NCBI GenBank assembly: GCA_965250285.1
Contig: OZ252299.1
Coordinates: 1,952,001-2,016,000, forward strand
From: Myxococcota bacterium
GTDB taxonomy: Bacteria > Myxococcota_A > UBA9160 > UBA4427
Direction: 5' to 3'
Length of the DNA: 64,000 nucleotides
The notes under the pieces were generated by a model, which searched no databases, had not been told where the DNA came from, and saw nothing but the letters and a program-made list of their open reading frames with translations. A program made the position numbers and the translations under genes. Below are positions 29,406 through 39,822 of this stretch, piece by piece (positions within the stretch are counted from its first letter, which is position 1; every line of letters begins with the position of its first letter).

Positions 29406-31641
29406 GGGCGGCGGCCCGATCCCGCTCGAGCTCGCCCGTCAGCGCAAAATTCACCCAGCCTCTCAGCTGATCCACCGAAACCACCCGAACTTCAATACGT
29501 TTCCCGAGCCCGAGACTCGGCCCGCCCTGGCGGTCGACCCAGCGGTGCGTCGCCGCGTCGAAGTCACTTCCGAGGGGCAACGCGCGGGCCGGGATCAGCC
29601 CTTCGACGAAGGGGTGATCGAGGGTGACGTAGACCCCCTGCTCGCCTGCGCCCGTCACGATGCCTTCGAAATCCTCGCCGAGATGCCGGGCCATGAGCGC
29701 GGCCTTCTTGAGGTCGAGCATGTCACGCTCAGCCGCCACGGCGCGCCGCTCGAGGGCCGAGAGCCGCGTGGCGAGGTGCGCGAGCACGCCTTCGGGCCCC
29801 GGCGCACGCCGCGCGAGCTTCGCCTTCAGCGCGCGATGCACGACGAGATCCGCATAGCGCCGAATCGGGGATGTGAAGTGCAGGTAGTCATCGAACGCGA
29901 GCGCGAAGTGCCCGAGCGGCGTCTCGGCGTAGCGGGCCTGCTTCATCGCGCGCAGCGTCAGCATGTGTACGAGGCGCTCTTCACGGTGCCCGCGCGCCTC
30001 GTCGAGCACGGCCTGCAGTGCGCGGGTGTCGAGCTGCGCCGGGACGGCGTCGAGGAGTCCGACGCGCAGGAAGAGCGCCGCCAGGTCGTCGATGTCCTCG
30101 TCGGCCGGCGGCTCGTGCACACGGTGGATCGTGGCGCGCCCCGCGCCCGTGAGCATCTGGGCGACCGCGCGGTTCGCCGCCAGCATCGCGTCTTCGATCC
30201 CGCGGTGGGCGTCGGTGCGTTCGAAGCGACGGATGTCGCGCACGCGACCGCGGTCGTCGAGATCGACGACCGGCTCGGGCAGCTCGAAGTCGAGGCTCCC
30301 CTCGGCCTGACGCCGCTGTCGAAGCCGCTTCGCGACGGCGCCGAGCCGCTCGACCCCGGCGACGATCTCGGCCTCGAGACCCTCGGGCGGTCGCCCCTCG
30401 AGCACGGCCCAGGCGTCTTCGTACGCGAGTTTCGCATGACTGCGGATCACGGCCTCGAAGAACTCGGGCCGCTTCACACGGCCCGCCCCATCGACCTGCA
30501 GCTTGACGACCATCGCCAGGCGGTCGACGCCGGGCCGAAGCGAGCAGAGGTCGCTCGAGAGCCGCTCGGGCAGCATCGGGATCGCGCGATCGGGGAAGTA
30601 CACACTGTTGCCGCGCCGCTCGGCCTCCCGGTCGAGCGCGGTCCCGGGTCGCACGTAGTGGGCGACGTCCGCGATCGCGACCCACAGGGTGTCGTCGCCA
30701 CGTCGCGCGCCCGGCTCGACGAACACCGCGTCATCGTGATCGCGCGCCGTCGCCGGATCGATCGTGACGAAGGCGCGGTCGCGTAGATCGAGTCGCCCGT
30801 CGAGGGCCCGCTTCGACAGATCGTCGGGCAAGCCGTCGAGCTCGGTCTCGACCCGCTCGGGAAACGCGATCGGCAGCCGACGGTGCCAGGCCACCGCGCG
30901 AAAGTCTGCCTCGGGTTCGCCGGGGTGCCCGAAACGGTCGACGACGCGACCGCTGGGCCAGCTCCGACCCGCGTGGCCGCGACCGCGCCGCGAAGGCGAA
31001 GAAGCCGGCTCGATCTCCACCGCCACGACCTCACCCGGGCGTGCGCCGGCCAGCTGCTTCTCGGGCACGCGCACCCGCCAGCGCGCGTCGTCCCGGTACG
31101 GCGTCACCTCGGCCGCGCCGTGCCCTCGCTCGAGGATGCCGACCATGCGATCGCGCCGGCCGCCGACGACCTGCACGATCTCGGCGCGACCGGCGTCGAC
31201 GTCGCCGATCGGCTGCAGCACCACGCGGTCGCCGACCCCGGCCTCACCGGCGCGGGGCACCCGCCACGTCCGACCGTTTCCCTCGCTCACCGTGGCGCCG
31301 TCGTCTCGGCCGCGCTCACCGTGCAGGCGCACGACCTGGCCCTCGATGCGGCCGTCGCGACGCGGCCGGGCGTATCGTCCCTGGCCCGCTTCGACGATGC
31401 GGCCCGACCGCACCAGCTCATCGAGCTGGCGCGTGAGCCGACGCTGGGCGCCGCCGTGCAGACCGAGCTGGCGCGCGAGGGTGCGAACGTGCACCGGACG
31501 ACCGCGCGCGCTGGCCTCGAGCAGATCGACGATGCGCGTCGCGAGGGCAGCACCCTTGGCCGGCTTGCCCGCCGAGCGGCGACGCCCCCCGCCGCGCTTG
31601 CGCGCCCCTCCGCCCTGCTTGCCTCTCGCCCTGCGCGCCAT
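29365..31641 (-). CDS. rnr: Ribonuclease R (VacB/RNB family)
   Basis: TIDPATARDHDDA, VAIADVAHYV, HFTSPIRRYADL, C-terminal S1 domain. Confidence 0.9.
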   Translation of the reverse strand: MARRARGKQGGGARKRGGGRRRSAGKPAKGAALATRIVDLLEASARGRPVHVRTLARQLGLHGGAQRRLTRQLDELVRSGRIVEAGQGRYARPRRDGRIEGQVVRLHGERGRDDGATVSEGNGRTWRVPRAGEAGVGDRVVLQPIGDVDAGRAEIVQVVGGRRDRMVGILERGHGAAEVTPYRDDARWRVRVPEKQLAGARPGEVVAVEIEPASSPSRRGRGHAGRSWPSGRVVDRFGHPGEPEADFRAVAWHRRLPIAFPERVETELDGLPDDLSKRALDGRLDLRDRAFVTIDPATARDHDDAVFVEPGARRGDDTLWVAIADVAHYVRPGTALDREAERRGNSVYFPDRAIPMLPERLSSDLCSLRPGVDRLAMVVKLQVDGAGRVKRPEFFEAVIRSHAKLAYEDAWAVLEGRPPEGLEAEIVAGVERLGAVAKRLRQRRQAEGSLDFELPEPVVDLDDRGRVRDIRRFERTDAHRGIEDAMLAANRAVAQMLTGAGRATIHRVHEPPADEDIDDLAALFLRVGLLDAVPAQLDTRALQAVLDEARGHREERLVHMLTLRAMKQARYAETPLGHFALAFDDYLHFTSPIRRYADLVVHRALKAKLARRAPGPEGVLAHLATRLSALERRAVAAERDMLDLKKAALMARHLGEDFEGIVTGAGEQGVYVTLDHPFVEGLIPARALPLGSDFDAATHRWVDRQGGPSLGLGKRIEVRVVSVDQLRGWVNFALTGELERDRAAALSPARRRGRRARR

Positions 31642-31744
31642 CGCGCGGAGCTTCGCAGACGTTCGCCTCGACGGCGACGCGTGTCGGCCAACCGACGGCG
31701 CGACCTCGGCCGAGTCGCAACCTCAGGCGGCGACCGACGACGCG

Positions 31745-31773
31745 TTGACGGGGCTGCCACGTCGCCGTAAGTT
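31745..31773 (+). promoter_or_regulatory. Sigma-70 promoter of tRNA-Leu
   Basis: TTGACG-N17-TAAGTT followed by a GC-rich discriminator. Confidence 0.7.
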
Positions 31774-31786
31774 CCCGGCCCGCCGT

Positions 31787-31873
31787 GCCCGGGTGGCGGA
31801 ATTGGTAGACGCGCTAGATTCAGGTTCTAGTGTTCGCAAGGACGTGCTGGTTCGACTCCAGTCCCGGGCACCA
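31787..31873 (+). tRNA. tRNA-Leu (CAG)
   Basis: GCCCGGG acceptor, GGCGGAATTGGTAGAC D-arm, ctaga-TTCAGGT-tctag anticodon arm, long variable arm, GTTCGACTC, CCA end. Confidence 0.97.
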
Positions 31874-31909
31874 TCCCCTCTCCAGTCCTGATCTGCAGAC
31901 CACGCCCCC

Positions 31910-33364
31910 TCATGGGCCGAGCGGCGCCACCTCGTACGCATCCGCGTCGGGCTCGGCGAGCGTCGCCGTGAACGCCGACATCGTATCGGGCCACTGCGTC
32001 ACGATGCGACCGCTCGGCGCGCGATAGTAGTCGCCGCAGCCCTGCCCCCACGGCTCGACCTTCGCGATCTCGCGCTGGAGCGCCTCGTTGTAGGCGGCCA
32101 TCGCTTCGGGTCGAACGTCGATCCAGGCGAGCGCTTCCCGATCGAGGCGCTCGATGGCGCGCAGCGCGTAGTCGGCCTCCTGCTCGATCGAGTGGATCAG
32201 CGAGTCGGCGTTGGTGTTCGGACCGTAGAGCATGAAGAGGTTCGGAAAGCCCGCCGTCGTGACGCCCTTGTAGGCGATCGCACCATCCGACCACGCGTCG
32301 GCGAGCGCCAGCCCCCCTCGCCCGCGCACGTCGATCGAGCTGAGGTAGTCGGTCGTGCGAAATCCCGTGGCGTAGACGATCGTGTCGGCCGGCCGCTCTG
32401 CGCCGTCGATCGTCCGCACACCCGTCGCCGTGACACGCTCGATGGGATCGGTCACCAGTGCCAGGTTCGGGCGATTGAAGGCCGGGTAATAGTCGTTCGA
32501 GAACAGCGGCCGCTTGCAGCCCCAGGGATAGTCGGGCGTGAGCTTCGCGCGCAGCTCGGGGTCATCGACGAGCGCAATGTTGCCGAGGCAGTCAGCCGTG
32601 ATGTCGGGGGAGACTTCGCCGAAGCGCAGCGCCCCGTGCGCGTCGATGCCGTCGTAGATCGCCTGGCGAAACGCGGCCGCGATGTTCGGATCCGCTCGCA
32701 GCTGCGCGCGTTGCTCGTCGGTGTACGGGTCGTCTTCTTTCGGCGCGATCCAGTTGGCCGTGCGCTGATAGAGGTCGACCTGGGCTGCAACGTCGACGAT
32801 CTTCGGAACGAACTGCACGGCGCTCGCCGCGCTGCCGATGACTGCGACGCGCTCGCCGGCCAGATCGTGATCATGCTGCCAGCGGGCCGAGTGAAAGTGC
32901 GTGCCCTCGAATGCGTCCATCCCCTCGATGTCGGGCCAACTCGGGTTCGCGAACATGCCGAGGCCGCTGACGAGCACCTCGGCCTCGACGTGATCGCCGC
33001 TCGCGAGCTCGATCGCCCAGCGCGCGTCGGCATCGCTCCACCGAGCCGATCGCACGTCGGACCCGAACCGGATGTGCGGGGTCAGATCGTACTTGTCGAC
33101 GCACGACTCGAGGTACTCGAGGATCTCGGGCTGGGTGGCATAGGGCTTCGACCACTCGGGCTTGATCTCGAACGAGTAGCAGTAGAGGAACGACGGGATG
33201 TCGCACTCGCAGCCCGGGTAGGTGTTGTCGTGCCAGGTGCCTCCCACCCCGGCGTTGCGTTCGAGCAGGACGAAGTCGTCGCGCCCCGATTGCTTGAGCC
33301 GGATCCCCATACAGATCCCGGCGACCCCTGCGCCGAGAATCGCGACCCTTCGCTGAACACGCAT
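31910..33364 (-). CDS. Flavin-containing monooxygenase (BVMO/CzcO family)
   Basis: GAGVAG, GGTWHDNTYPGCECD, FHSARW, ATGF, GFPNLFMLYGPN. Confidence 0.92.
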   Translation of the reverse strand: MRVQRRVAILGAGVAGICMGIRLKQSGRDDFVLLERNAGVGGTWHDNTYPGCECDIPSFLYCYSFEIKPEWSKPYATQPEILEYLESCVDKYDLTPHIRFGSDVRSARWSDADARWAIELASGDHVEAEVLVSGLGMFANPSWPDIEGMDAFEGTHFHSARWQHDHDLAGERVAVIGSAASAVQFVPKIVDVAAQVDLYQRTANWIAPKEDDPYTDEQRAQLRADPNIAAAFRQAIYDGIDAHGALRFGEVSPDITADCLGNIALVDDPELRAKLTPDYPWGCKRPLFSNDYYPAFNRPNLALVTDPIERVTATGVRTIDGAERPADTIVYATGFRTTDYLSSIDVRGRGGLALADAWSDGAIAYKGVTTAGFPNLFMLYGPNTNADSLIHSIEQEADYALRAIERLDREALAWIDVRPEAMAAYNEALQREIAKVEPWGQGCGDYYRAPSGRIVTQWPDTMSAFTATLAEPDADAYEVAPLGP

Positions 33365-33381
33365 GGCGCCCCCTTCGGCCG

Positions 33382-34992
33382 TCACCGCTGCACCTCGAAA
33401 CCCGCGGCCTGGCGATCCCAGGTCGCGGCGGTCACGCCGGCATCGCGCAGGGCGAACTTCTGCACCTTGTTCGTGGGCGTGTACGGCAACGCATCGACCC
33501 ACTCGACGTAGCGCGGGACGAAGTAGTACGGCGCGTTCTCGTTGATGAACGTACACAGCGTCTCGGACGAGAGATCGGCGCCGGGCTCCCGTACGACGTT
33601 GAGCTTGAGTTCGTGCTCGCTCTCGACCTCGCGGCTCTGCACTCCGAAGGCGGCGACGTCCGCGACGCCCGGGCAGCGTCGCACGACGCTCTCGACCTCG
33701 AGCGTCGAGATGTTGCGTCCCGCGAAGCGCACCACGTCTTTCTTGCGATCGACGTAGAAGTACGCGCCCGTCTCGGGATCTTGACGCGCGAGGTCGCCGG
33801 TCAGGAAGTAGCCATCGCGATACGCCGCGTCGGTGGCACCGGGGTCGTCGAAGTAGCCATTGAACAGCACGTGCGGATCGAGCGCCTTGATGCAGATCTC
33901 GCCGGGCTCGCCGGGCGCGACTTCGCGCCCGGCGTCGTCGCACAGCCGAACGTCGGTGTCGTCGGCCGGGAACCCGAGCGCATAGGTCGGTACGTCGTCT
34001 CGGTCTTCGGCCTGCGTCATCACCAGCTGGATCTCGCTCTGCCCCAGGCCCGACCGGATCAGCTTCACCCCGAAGCGCGCCTCGAACGCCTTCCAGAGCT
34101 GCGGCGGCATCGGTACGACCTGCAGCGCGCGCAGCGTGTGATCGGCATCGTCATCGCGCTCGGGCGCATTCCAGAGAAAGACGCCCATCGCGCCCAGCAG
34201 GAAGGTCTGCGTGACGCCGAGCTCACGCACGCGGTCCCAGAACTGCGAGACCGAGAAGCGCGACTCGATCACGACCGTGATGCCCTCGATGAAAGCCCGC
34301 AACACGCACGTCACCCAAGCGCCCGAGTGGTAGAGCGGCAGCGTGCAGTACACGACGTCCCCGTCGCGGCTCGCATACGGCGGCGAGGCCCCTTTCGTGA
34401 TGGGCCGGATCCAGCTCTTGTAGCTCTGCATGACGCCCTTGCTGCGACCGGTCGTGCCCGAAGTCCAGAGCACGGCGCACGTATCCCCCATGGCGAGCTC
34501 TGCGTAGTCGCTCACGAGCGGGTCGGCTTCGAGCAGCTCGTCGTACGAGCGGGTGTTCTCCGGGAGGCTCCCCTCGGTCAGCACGACGACCTCGGTCTGG
34601 GGCAGCGCCGCCCGCTCGGCGAGCACGCGATCGCAGTAGTCGCCATCGGTCACGAGCAGCGCGTAGCGCGACCGCTGCAGCGTCTCGACGAGCCACGCGC
34701 CCTTGTAGTCGGTGCAGATCGGGATCCAGACCGCGCCGAGCTTGTTGATCGCGAACGTCAGCAGAACCAGCTCGGGCCGGTTGCCCATCAAGATCGCGAC
34801 GCGGTCGCCGCGCCCGATGCCGAGCTTCGCGAGGCCGCCCGCGAGTCGGTCGGTCATCGCGTCGGCCTCGGCATAGGTGATGCGCACCCCATCGCCGAGC
34901 AGGAAGACGGTGTCGCCGCAGGCGTTCGCCTGGGCGCGCATCATCTTGCCGAAAACGCAATCGGCCGGATCGGTCAGGTCGAGCCTGTGCAT
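33382..34992 (-). CDS. AMP-binding acyl-CoA ligase (CaiC-like)
   Basis: WTSGTTGRSKG, FLTGDL, DRKKD, LPYTPTNKVQK. Confidence 0.9.
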   Translation of the reverse strand: MHRLDLTDPADCVFGKMMRAQANACGDTVFLLGDGVRITYAEADAMTDRLAGGLAKLGIGRGDRVAILMGNRPELVLLTFAINKLGAVWIPICTDYKGAWLVETLQRSRYALLVTDGDYCDRVLAERAALPQTEVVVLTEGSLPENTRSYDELLEADPLVSDYAELAMGDTCAVLWTSGTTGRSKGVMQSYKSWIRPITKGASPPYASRDGDVVYCTLPLYHSGAWVTCVLRAFIEGITVVIESRFSVSQFWDRVRELGVTQTFLLGAMGVFLWNAPERDDDADHTLRALQVVPMPPQLWKAFEARFGVKLIRSGLGQSEIQLVMTQAEDRDDVPTYALGFPADDTDVRLCDDAGREVAPGEPGEICIKALDPHVLFNGYFDDPGATDAAYRDGYFLTGDLARQDPETGAYFYVDRKKDVVRFAGRNISTLEVESVVRRCPGVADVAAFGVQSREVESEHELKLNVVREPGADLSSETLCTFINENAPYYFVPRYVEWVDALPYTPTNKVQKFALRDAGVTAATWDRQAAGFEVQR

Positions 34993-35169
34993 GGCGCCCC
35001 CTCGTCGTTCGTTCGGGGTGCGGAGATTAGCCGCGCCCGCTGCACACGCGCGCCGCGCGGTGCCTTCCGAAGGAAGCCGCCGGCGCTACTCGCGCGCCGC
35101 CCCATGCGCCATCATCGAAGTGAGCCGCGTTGGGCGCGGCCCGCGTAGACGAGGCCCGACCGCCCGACG

Positions 35170-36117
35170 ATGCCCAGCCAATCGACCGATCCGCGCACGC
35201 CCTTCGGGCACCGCACCGTCACCGAGGCCGACGTCGCCCGCTTCGGCGAGCTCACCGCCGACTACGCGCGCATCCACCTCGACCACGCGCTCGGTCGCAC
35301 CCTGCCCGGCGGTCGGGGCTTTGCCCATGGCCTGCTGGGCGCAGCGTGGGCGCTGGGCGCACTCACGCGGTGGGCGCCCGATCGCGTGGGTCGGGGCGAC
35401 CCCGCCGCGCAGGTGAGTGCGTTCGAGGTGCGCTTCGCTGCGCCGATCTTCTTCGGCGACACGCTCTCATTCGAGTGGGACGAGGCCGATGGCCAGACCA
35501 GCTTCGAAGCACGCGCTGACGATGGCCGGGTCACGACGCGGGGGCGGCTCGAGCTCGAGCGGGGCGAGGGCGTCGGCGACGCTGCGCCCGCGCCGGCGGC
35601 CCCGATCCCGACCGAACCACCGCCGGCGTCGGGCTGGACCGCGGAAGACGTGCTGGCCCACGGCCCGCGCGGAACCGAACGCATCCGCACCTTGACCGAG
35701 GCCGACGTGCTCGAGTACGTGCGCTTCACAGGCGAGCTGAACCCGCTCTATCTCGACGCGCCCTTTGCCGAAGCGAGCTTGCGCAAGGGGCGCATCGCGC
35801 CCCCGATGCTCTGCTTCTGCCTGGCGTTCTCGACGTGGCTCGACGGTCTGATGGGGCTGCCCCTGGCCGGCGACGAGCGCAGCGCCGGACACCTGGGGGA
35901 CCGCTGGCGGGTCGTCGCGCCGGCGCGCGTGGGGGACACCTTGTCGGTGCGATTCGCACCGAGCCGACTGCGGCGCACCCGCAGCCGACCGGATCAGGGC
36001 GTCCTGACCTTCGGCCTCGAGCTGCTGGCCGAGGGCGAAAGGCGGCTCCAGACCGCCGAAGTCGACATCATGCTGCCGATGCGCCCGATCGAGCCCGAAA
36101 ACGCCTCGCCGGCTTGA
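35170..36117 (+). CDS. Tandem MaoC/hotdog-fold dehydratase-like protein
   Basis: Two repeats RTVTEADV..F..LTADYARIH and RTLTEADV..TGELNPLY; PIFFGDTL and PARVGDTL. Confidence 0.82.
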   Translation: MPSQSTDPRTPFGHRTVTEADVARFGELTADYARIHLDHALGRTLPGGRGFAHGLLGAAWALGALTRWAPDRVGRGDPAAQVSAFEVRFAAPIFFGDTLSFEWDEADGQTSFEARADDGRVTTRGRLELERGEGVGDAAPAPAAPIPTEPPPASGWTAEDVLAHGPRGTERIRTLTEADVLEYVRFTGELNPLYLDAPFAEASLRKGRIAPPMLCFCLAFSTWLDGLMGLPLAGDERSAGHLGDRWRVVAPARVGDTLSVRFAPSRLRRTRSRPDQGVLTFGLELLAEGERRLQTAEVDIMLPMRPIEPENASPA

Positions 36118-36217
36118 CCGACCCTCGGCCGCGCATAGCTTCCCGCGCCGGACCGCGGAATGCCCCGCAGGCCCCCGGGGCACGCGACGCACGCCCCGAT
36201 GGAGACGCGAGCCCATC

Positions 36218-38647
36218 ATGACCGAAGACGGGTCCCGAGACCCCGACGCCGAGACCCCCTCGGCTGCCCCGCAGACTGGCGCGCCCACCACCGAGATCGA
36301 AGACGCGAGCGGTGAACGCTTCGTCGTCCCGGCCAGCGTTCCCCTGCTGCCGGTGCGCGACATGGTCGTCTACCCCGGCGTGACCGTGCCGCTCACGATC
36401 GGTCGACCCAAGTCGCTGTCGGCCCTCGAGGCCGCCGGGCATCAGGGCTTCATGCTGATCGCGACCCAGAAGGAGGCCGCCACTGAGGACCCGAACCTCG
36501 GCGACCTCTACGAGACCGGCACCCTCGTCCGCGTGCTGCGCGTCGTCGATGCGCGCGAGAACAGCAAGCAGGCCCTCGTGGTCGGCATCGGTCGCGCGCG
36601 CATCGACGCCCTCGAGGCCACCGAGCCCCACCTGACCGCCCGACTCGACTACCTGCCCGACCTGGCGAGCCTGCAGGCCGACGAAGGGCCGTGGAACCGC
36701 GCGATCGAGCTCGCCCAGCAGGTGATCGATCTGCGTGAGGACTATCCCAACGAATGGAAGGCGTTCATCGCGAACGTGCCGACCCCCGGCATGCTCGCCG
36801 ACATGCTGACTTCGAACCTCGCGCTCTCGCTCGAAGACAACATCGAGATCCTGCGCGAGACCGATCCGATGCAGCGGCTCGAGATCGTCGCGCGCCACCT
36901 CGAGCGCGAGGTGACGATCGCCGAGACCCAGCGCGCCCTGCGCAGCGAGACTGACGAAGGCGTCGACCAGAAGCGCCGAGAGCGCATGCTGCGCCGCCGC
37001 ATGCGCGCCATCGAGGCCGAGATCGGCGAGGGCGATGCGGGCTTCCGCGAGGTGGACGAGCTGCGCGACAAGCTCGAGACCGCCGAGCTCCCGGACGAGG
37101 CCTACGAGCAGGCGGAGCGCGAGCTCAAGCGCCTTTCGGCGCTGCCCCAGCACGCCCCCGACCGTCACCTGATCCGCACCTATCTCGAGTGGATGCTCGA
37201 GCTGCCGTGGAGCGTCGAGACCGACGACCAGCTCGATCTGCATCGTGCGCGCGAGGTCCTCGACGCCGACCATCACGGGCTCGACAAGGTGAAGGAGCGC
37301 ATCCTCGAGTTCCTCGCCGTGCGCAAGCTCGCGCCCGAATCGAAGGCGCCGATCCTGTGCTTCGTGGGTCCGCCCGGTGTCGGCAAGACGTCACTCGGCA
37401 AGTCGATCGCGACCTCGATGGGCCGAAAGTTCACGCGCGCATCGCTGGGCGGTGTGCGCGACGAGGCCGAGATTCGCGGCCATCGCCGCACCTACGTCGG
37501 CGCGATGCCGGGTCGCATCATCCAGGGGCTCAAGCGCGCGGGCTCGCGCAACCCGATCTTCCTGCTCGACGAGATCGACAAGCTCGGCAGCGACTTCCGC
37601 GGCGACCCCTCGAGCGCGCTGCTCGAAGTGCTCGACCCGGAGCAGAACAAGACGTTCAGCGATCACTACATCGAATCGCCGTTCGACCTCTCGCGCGTGC
37701 TCTTCATCGCGACGGCGAACACGCTGTCGACGATCCCGGCCGCCCTGCTCGACCGCATGGAGGTGATCGAGCTGTCGGGCTACACCGAGGCCGAGAAGCT
37801 CGTGATCGCCGAGAAGTATCTCGTACCCCGCCAGCTCGAGGCCCACGGCCTCGAGGCATCGCAGATCCACCTGGGCGACGAGGCGGTGCAGAAGGTCGTG
37901 GCCGAGTACACGCGCGAGGCCGGGGTGCGCAACCTCGAGCGCTTCGTCGCGACGTTGATGCGAAAGAGCGCCCGCAAGGTCGCCGAGAACGGCCCCGAGA
38001 CGGTGGTCGAGGTCGACGGCGACTTCGTCGGCGAGGCGCTCGGCGCCCCGCCCCACCTGCCCGAGACCGCCGAGCGGACGTCGATGCCTGGCGTCGCCGT
38101 CGGCCTCGCCGTCACGGCGCACGGCGGCGACATCCTCTTCATCGAGGCGACGAACAGCCCCGGCGGCAAGGGTTTGCGCCTGCGGCTCACGGGCCAGCTC
38201 GGCGACGTGATGCGCGAATCGGCCGAGGCGGCGCTCTCGTGGGTGCGCGCACACGCGGCGCAGCTCGGGCTCTCGGAAGAGGCGCTCGCTCCCGGCGAGA
38301 TCCACCTCCACGTGCCGGCCGGCGCGGTGCCGAAAGACGGCCCCTCGGCGGGTGTGGCCCTCGTCACGGCGCTGGTCTCGGTGCTCTCGAATCGCAAGGC
38401 CGAGGGCAAGGTGGCGATGACGGGTGAGATCTCGCTCCGCGGCCGGGTGCTTCCGGTGGGGGGGATCAAGGGCAAGCTCTTTGCCGCTTCACGCGCCGGC
38501 ATCGAGCGCGTCGTGATCCCGCGCCGCAACGAGAAGGATCTCGTCGAGGTCCCCGACGAGGTGAAGGCCGGTCTCGACATCCGCCTGGTCGACACCATCG
38601 ACGAGGCGCTCGCACTGACGATCCCCGAGCCGGCCGAGGCGCACTGA
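36218..38647 (+). CDS. lon: Lon protease (endopeptidase La), paralog 1
   Basis: GPPGVGKTS, RGHRRTYVGAMPG, KDGPSAG (catalytic Ser), GGIKGK (Lys). Confidence 0.96.
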   Translation: MTEDGSRDPDAETPSAAPQTGAPTTEIEDASGERFVVPASVPLLPVRDMVVYPGVTVPLTIGRPKSLSALEAAGHQGFMLIATQKEAATEDPNLGDLYETGTLVRVLRVVDARENSKQALVVGIGRARIDALEATEPHLTARLDYLPDLASLQADEGPWNRAIELAQQVIDLREDYPNEWKAFIANVPTPGMLADMLTSNLALSLEDNIEILRETDPMQRLEIVARHLEREVTIAETQRALRSETDEGVDQKRRERMLRRRMRAIEAEIGEGDAGFREVDELRDKLETAELPDEAYEQAERELKRLSALPQHAPDRHLIRTYLEWMLELPWSVETDDQLDLHRAREVLDADHHGLDKVKERILEFLAVRKLAPESKAPILCFVGPPGVGKTSLGKSIATSMGRKFTRASLGGVRDEAEIRGHRRTYVGAMPGRIIQGLKRAGSRNPIFLLDEIDKLGSDFRGDPSSALLEVLDPEQNKTFSDHYIESPFDLSRVLFIATANTLSTIPAALLDRMEVIELSGYTEAEKLVIAEKYLVPRQLEAHGLEASQIHLGDEAVQKVVAEYTREAGVRNLERFVATLMRKSARKVAENGPETVVEVDGDFVGEALGAPPHLPETAERTSMPGVAVGLAVTAHGGDILFIEATNSPGGKGLRLRLTGQLGDVMRESAEAALSWVRAHAAQLGLSEEALAPGEIHLHVPAGAVPKDGPSAGVALVTALVSVLSNRKAEGKVAMTGEISLRGRVLPVGGIKGKLFAASRAGIERVVIPRRNEKDLVEVPDEVKAGLDIRLVDTIDEALALTIPEPAEAH

Positions 38648-38694
38648 CAGGGTCGAGGCCGTCGTCCGTGCGGCCGGGCCGCTAGACTCACCGC

Positions 38695-39822
38695 GTGCGC
38701 GTGGCCCTCGTTCACGACTGGCTGACCGGCGTTCGCGGGGGCGAACGCGTGCTCGACGTGATCGCGCGGGCCTGGCCCGACGCCGAGATCCACACCCTGT
38801 TCCATGTCGAGGGGTCGGCGACCCCTGCCCTCGAAGAGCGTCGCATCCACACGAGCCCACTCGATCGGCTGCCCGGCCGCGCGCGCTACTACCGTGCGCT
38901 GCTGCCGCTCTACCCGTGGGCCGTGCGGCAGCTCGACGTCGGCGATGTCGACCTGGTCGTCTCGACGAGCCACGCCGTCGCCAAGGCCGTGCGCGTACCC
39001 AACGGTGCCCAGCACCTCAGCTACTGCTTCACGCCCATGCGCTACGTGTGGGATCAGATCGACGCCTACCTCGGTCGCGGAGCGCGGCGCCGCCTCTCGA
39101 TGCCGCTGGTGCGGCGGCTGCGCGCCTTCGACGTGGCGACGAGCGGGCCCCACCAGGTCGACCGATTCCTCGCGATCTCGAGCACCGTCGCGCGGCGGAT
39201 CCAGCAGACCTACGGGCGTGAGGCGCCCGTCATCGCGCCCCCCGTCGACCTCGAACAGTTCACGCCGAGCGGCGAGCCCCCGAGCGACGCGTATCTGCTG
39301 GTGAGCGGCTTCGTGCCCTACAAGGCCGATGCGCTCGCGCTCCGCGCGTTCGCCCGCTGCGGCCGCCCCCTGATCGTCGCAGGTGATGGGCCGCTGCGCG
39401 CGCGCTTGGAGAGCGACGCGCCCCCCAACGTGCGCTTCGTCGGACGCGTGAGCGATGCGGCCCTCGCCGGGCTCTACGCCGAATGTCGGGCGCTCGTGCA
39501 CCCCCAGCTCGAAGACTTCGGGCTCATCGCCGTCGAGGCCCAGGCCTGCGGCCGACCGGTCATCGCCTTCGGTCGCGGGGGCGTTCGCGACACCGTGCGG
39601 CCCCTCGGCGACGCGACGCCGAGCGGCGTCTTCTTCGACGAGCAGACGCCCGAAGCCCTGATCGATGCCCTCGATCGCTTCGAAGCCCATGCTTCGGCGT
39701 TCGAGCCCGAAGCCATTCGTCGCCACGCCGAGCGCTTCGGTCACAAACGTTTCCTCGAGGCACTGATGCACGAGGTCGATGACCTCGTCGCGCGCCGCGA
39801 CCGAGAAGGCACGGCGCGATGA
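38695..39822 (+). CDS. Glycosyltransferase family 4
   Basis: ALVHDWLTGVRGGERVL, FTPMRYVWD, EDFGLIAVEAQACG. Confidence 0.92.
   Translation: MRVALVHDWLTGVRGGERVLDVIARAWPDAEIHTLFHVEGSATPALEERRIHTSPLDRLPGRARYYRALLPLYPWAVRQLDVGDVDLVVSTSHAVAKAVRVPNGAQHLSYCFTPMRYVWDQIDAYLGRGARRRLSMPLVRRLRAFDVATSGPHQVDRFLAISSTVARRIQQTYGREAPVIAPPVDLEQFTPSGEPPSDAYLLVSGFVPYKADALALRAFARCGRPLIVAGDGPLRARLESDAPPNVRFVGRVSDAALAGLYAECRALVHPQLEDFGLIAVEAQACGRPVIAFGRGGVRDTVRPLGDATPSGVFFDEQTPEALIDALDRFEAHASAFEPEAIRRHAERFGHKRFLEALMHEVDDLVARRDREGTAR

Noticed and set aside
35050..35090. CCGAAGGAAGCCGC resembling the SRP RNA domain IV
   Set aside because: It lacks the conserved AGG and GCAG internal-loop nucleotides; it is just a short hairpin in a divergent promoter region.
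31787..36117. Genomic island integrated at tRNA-Leu(CAG)
   Set aside because: No integrase, no duplicated tRNA 3' end seen, and no compositional shift.
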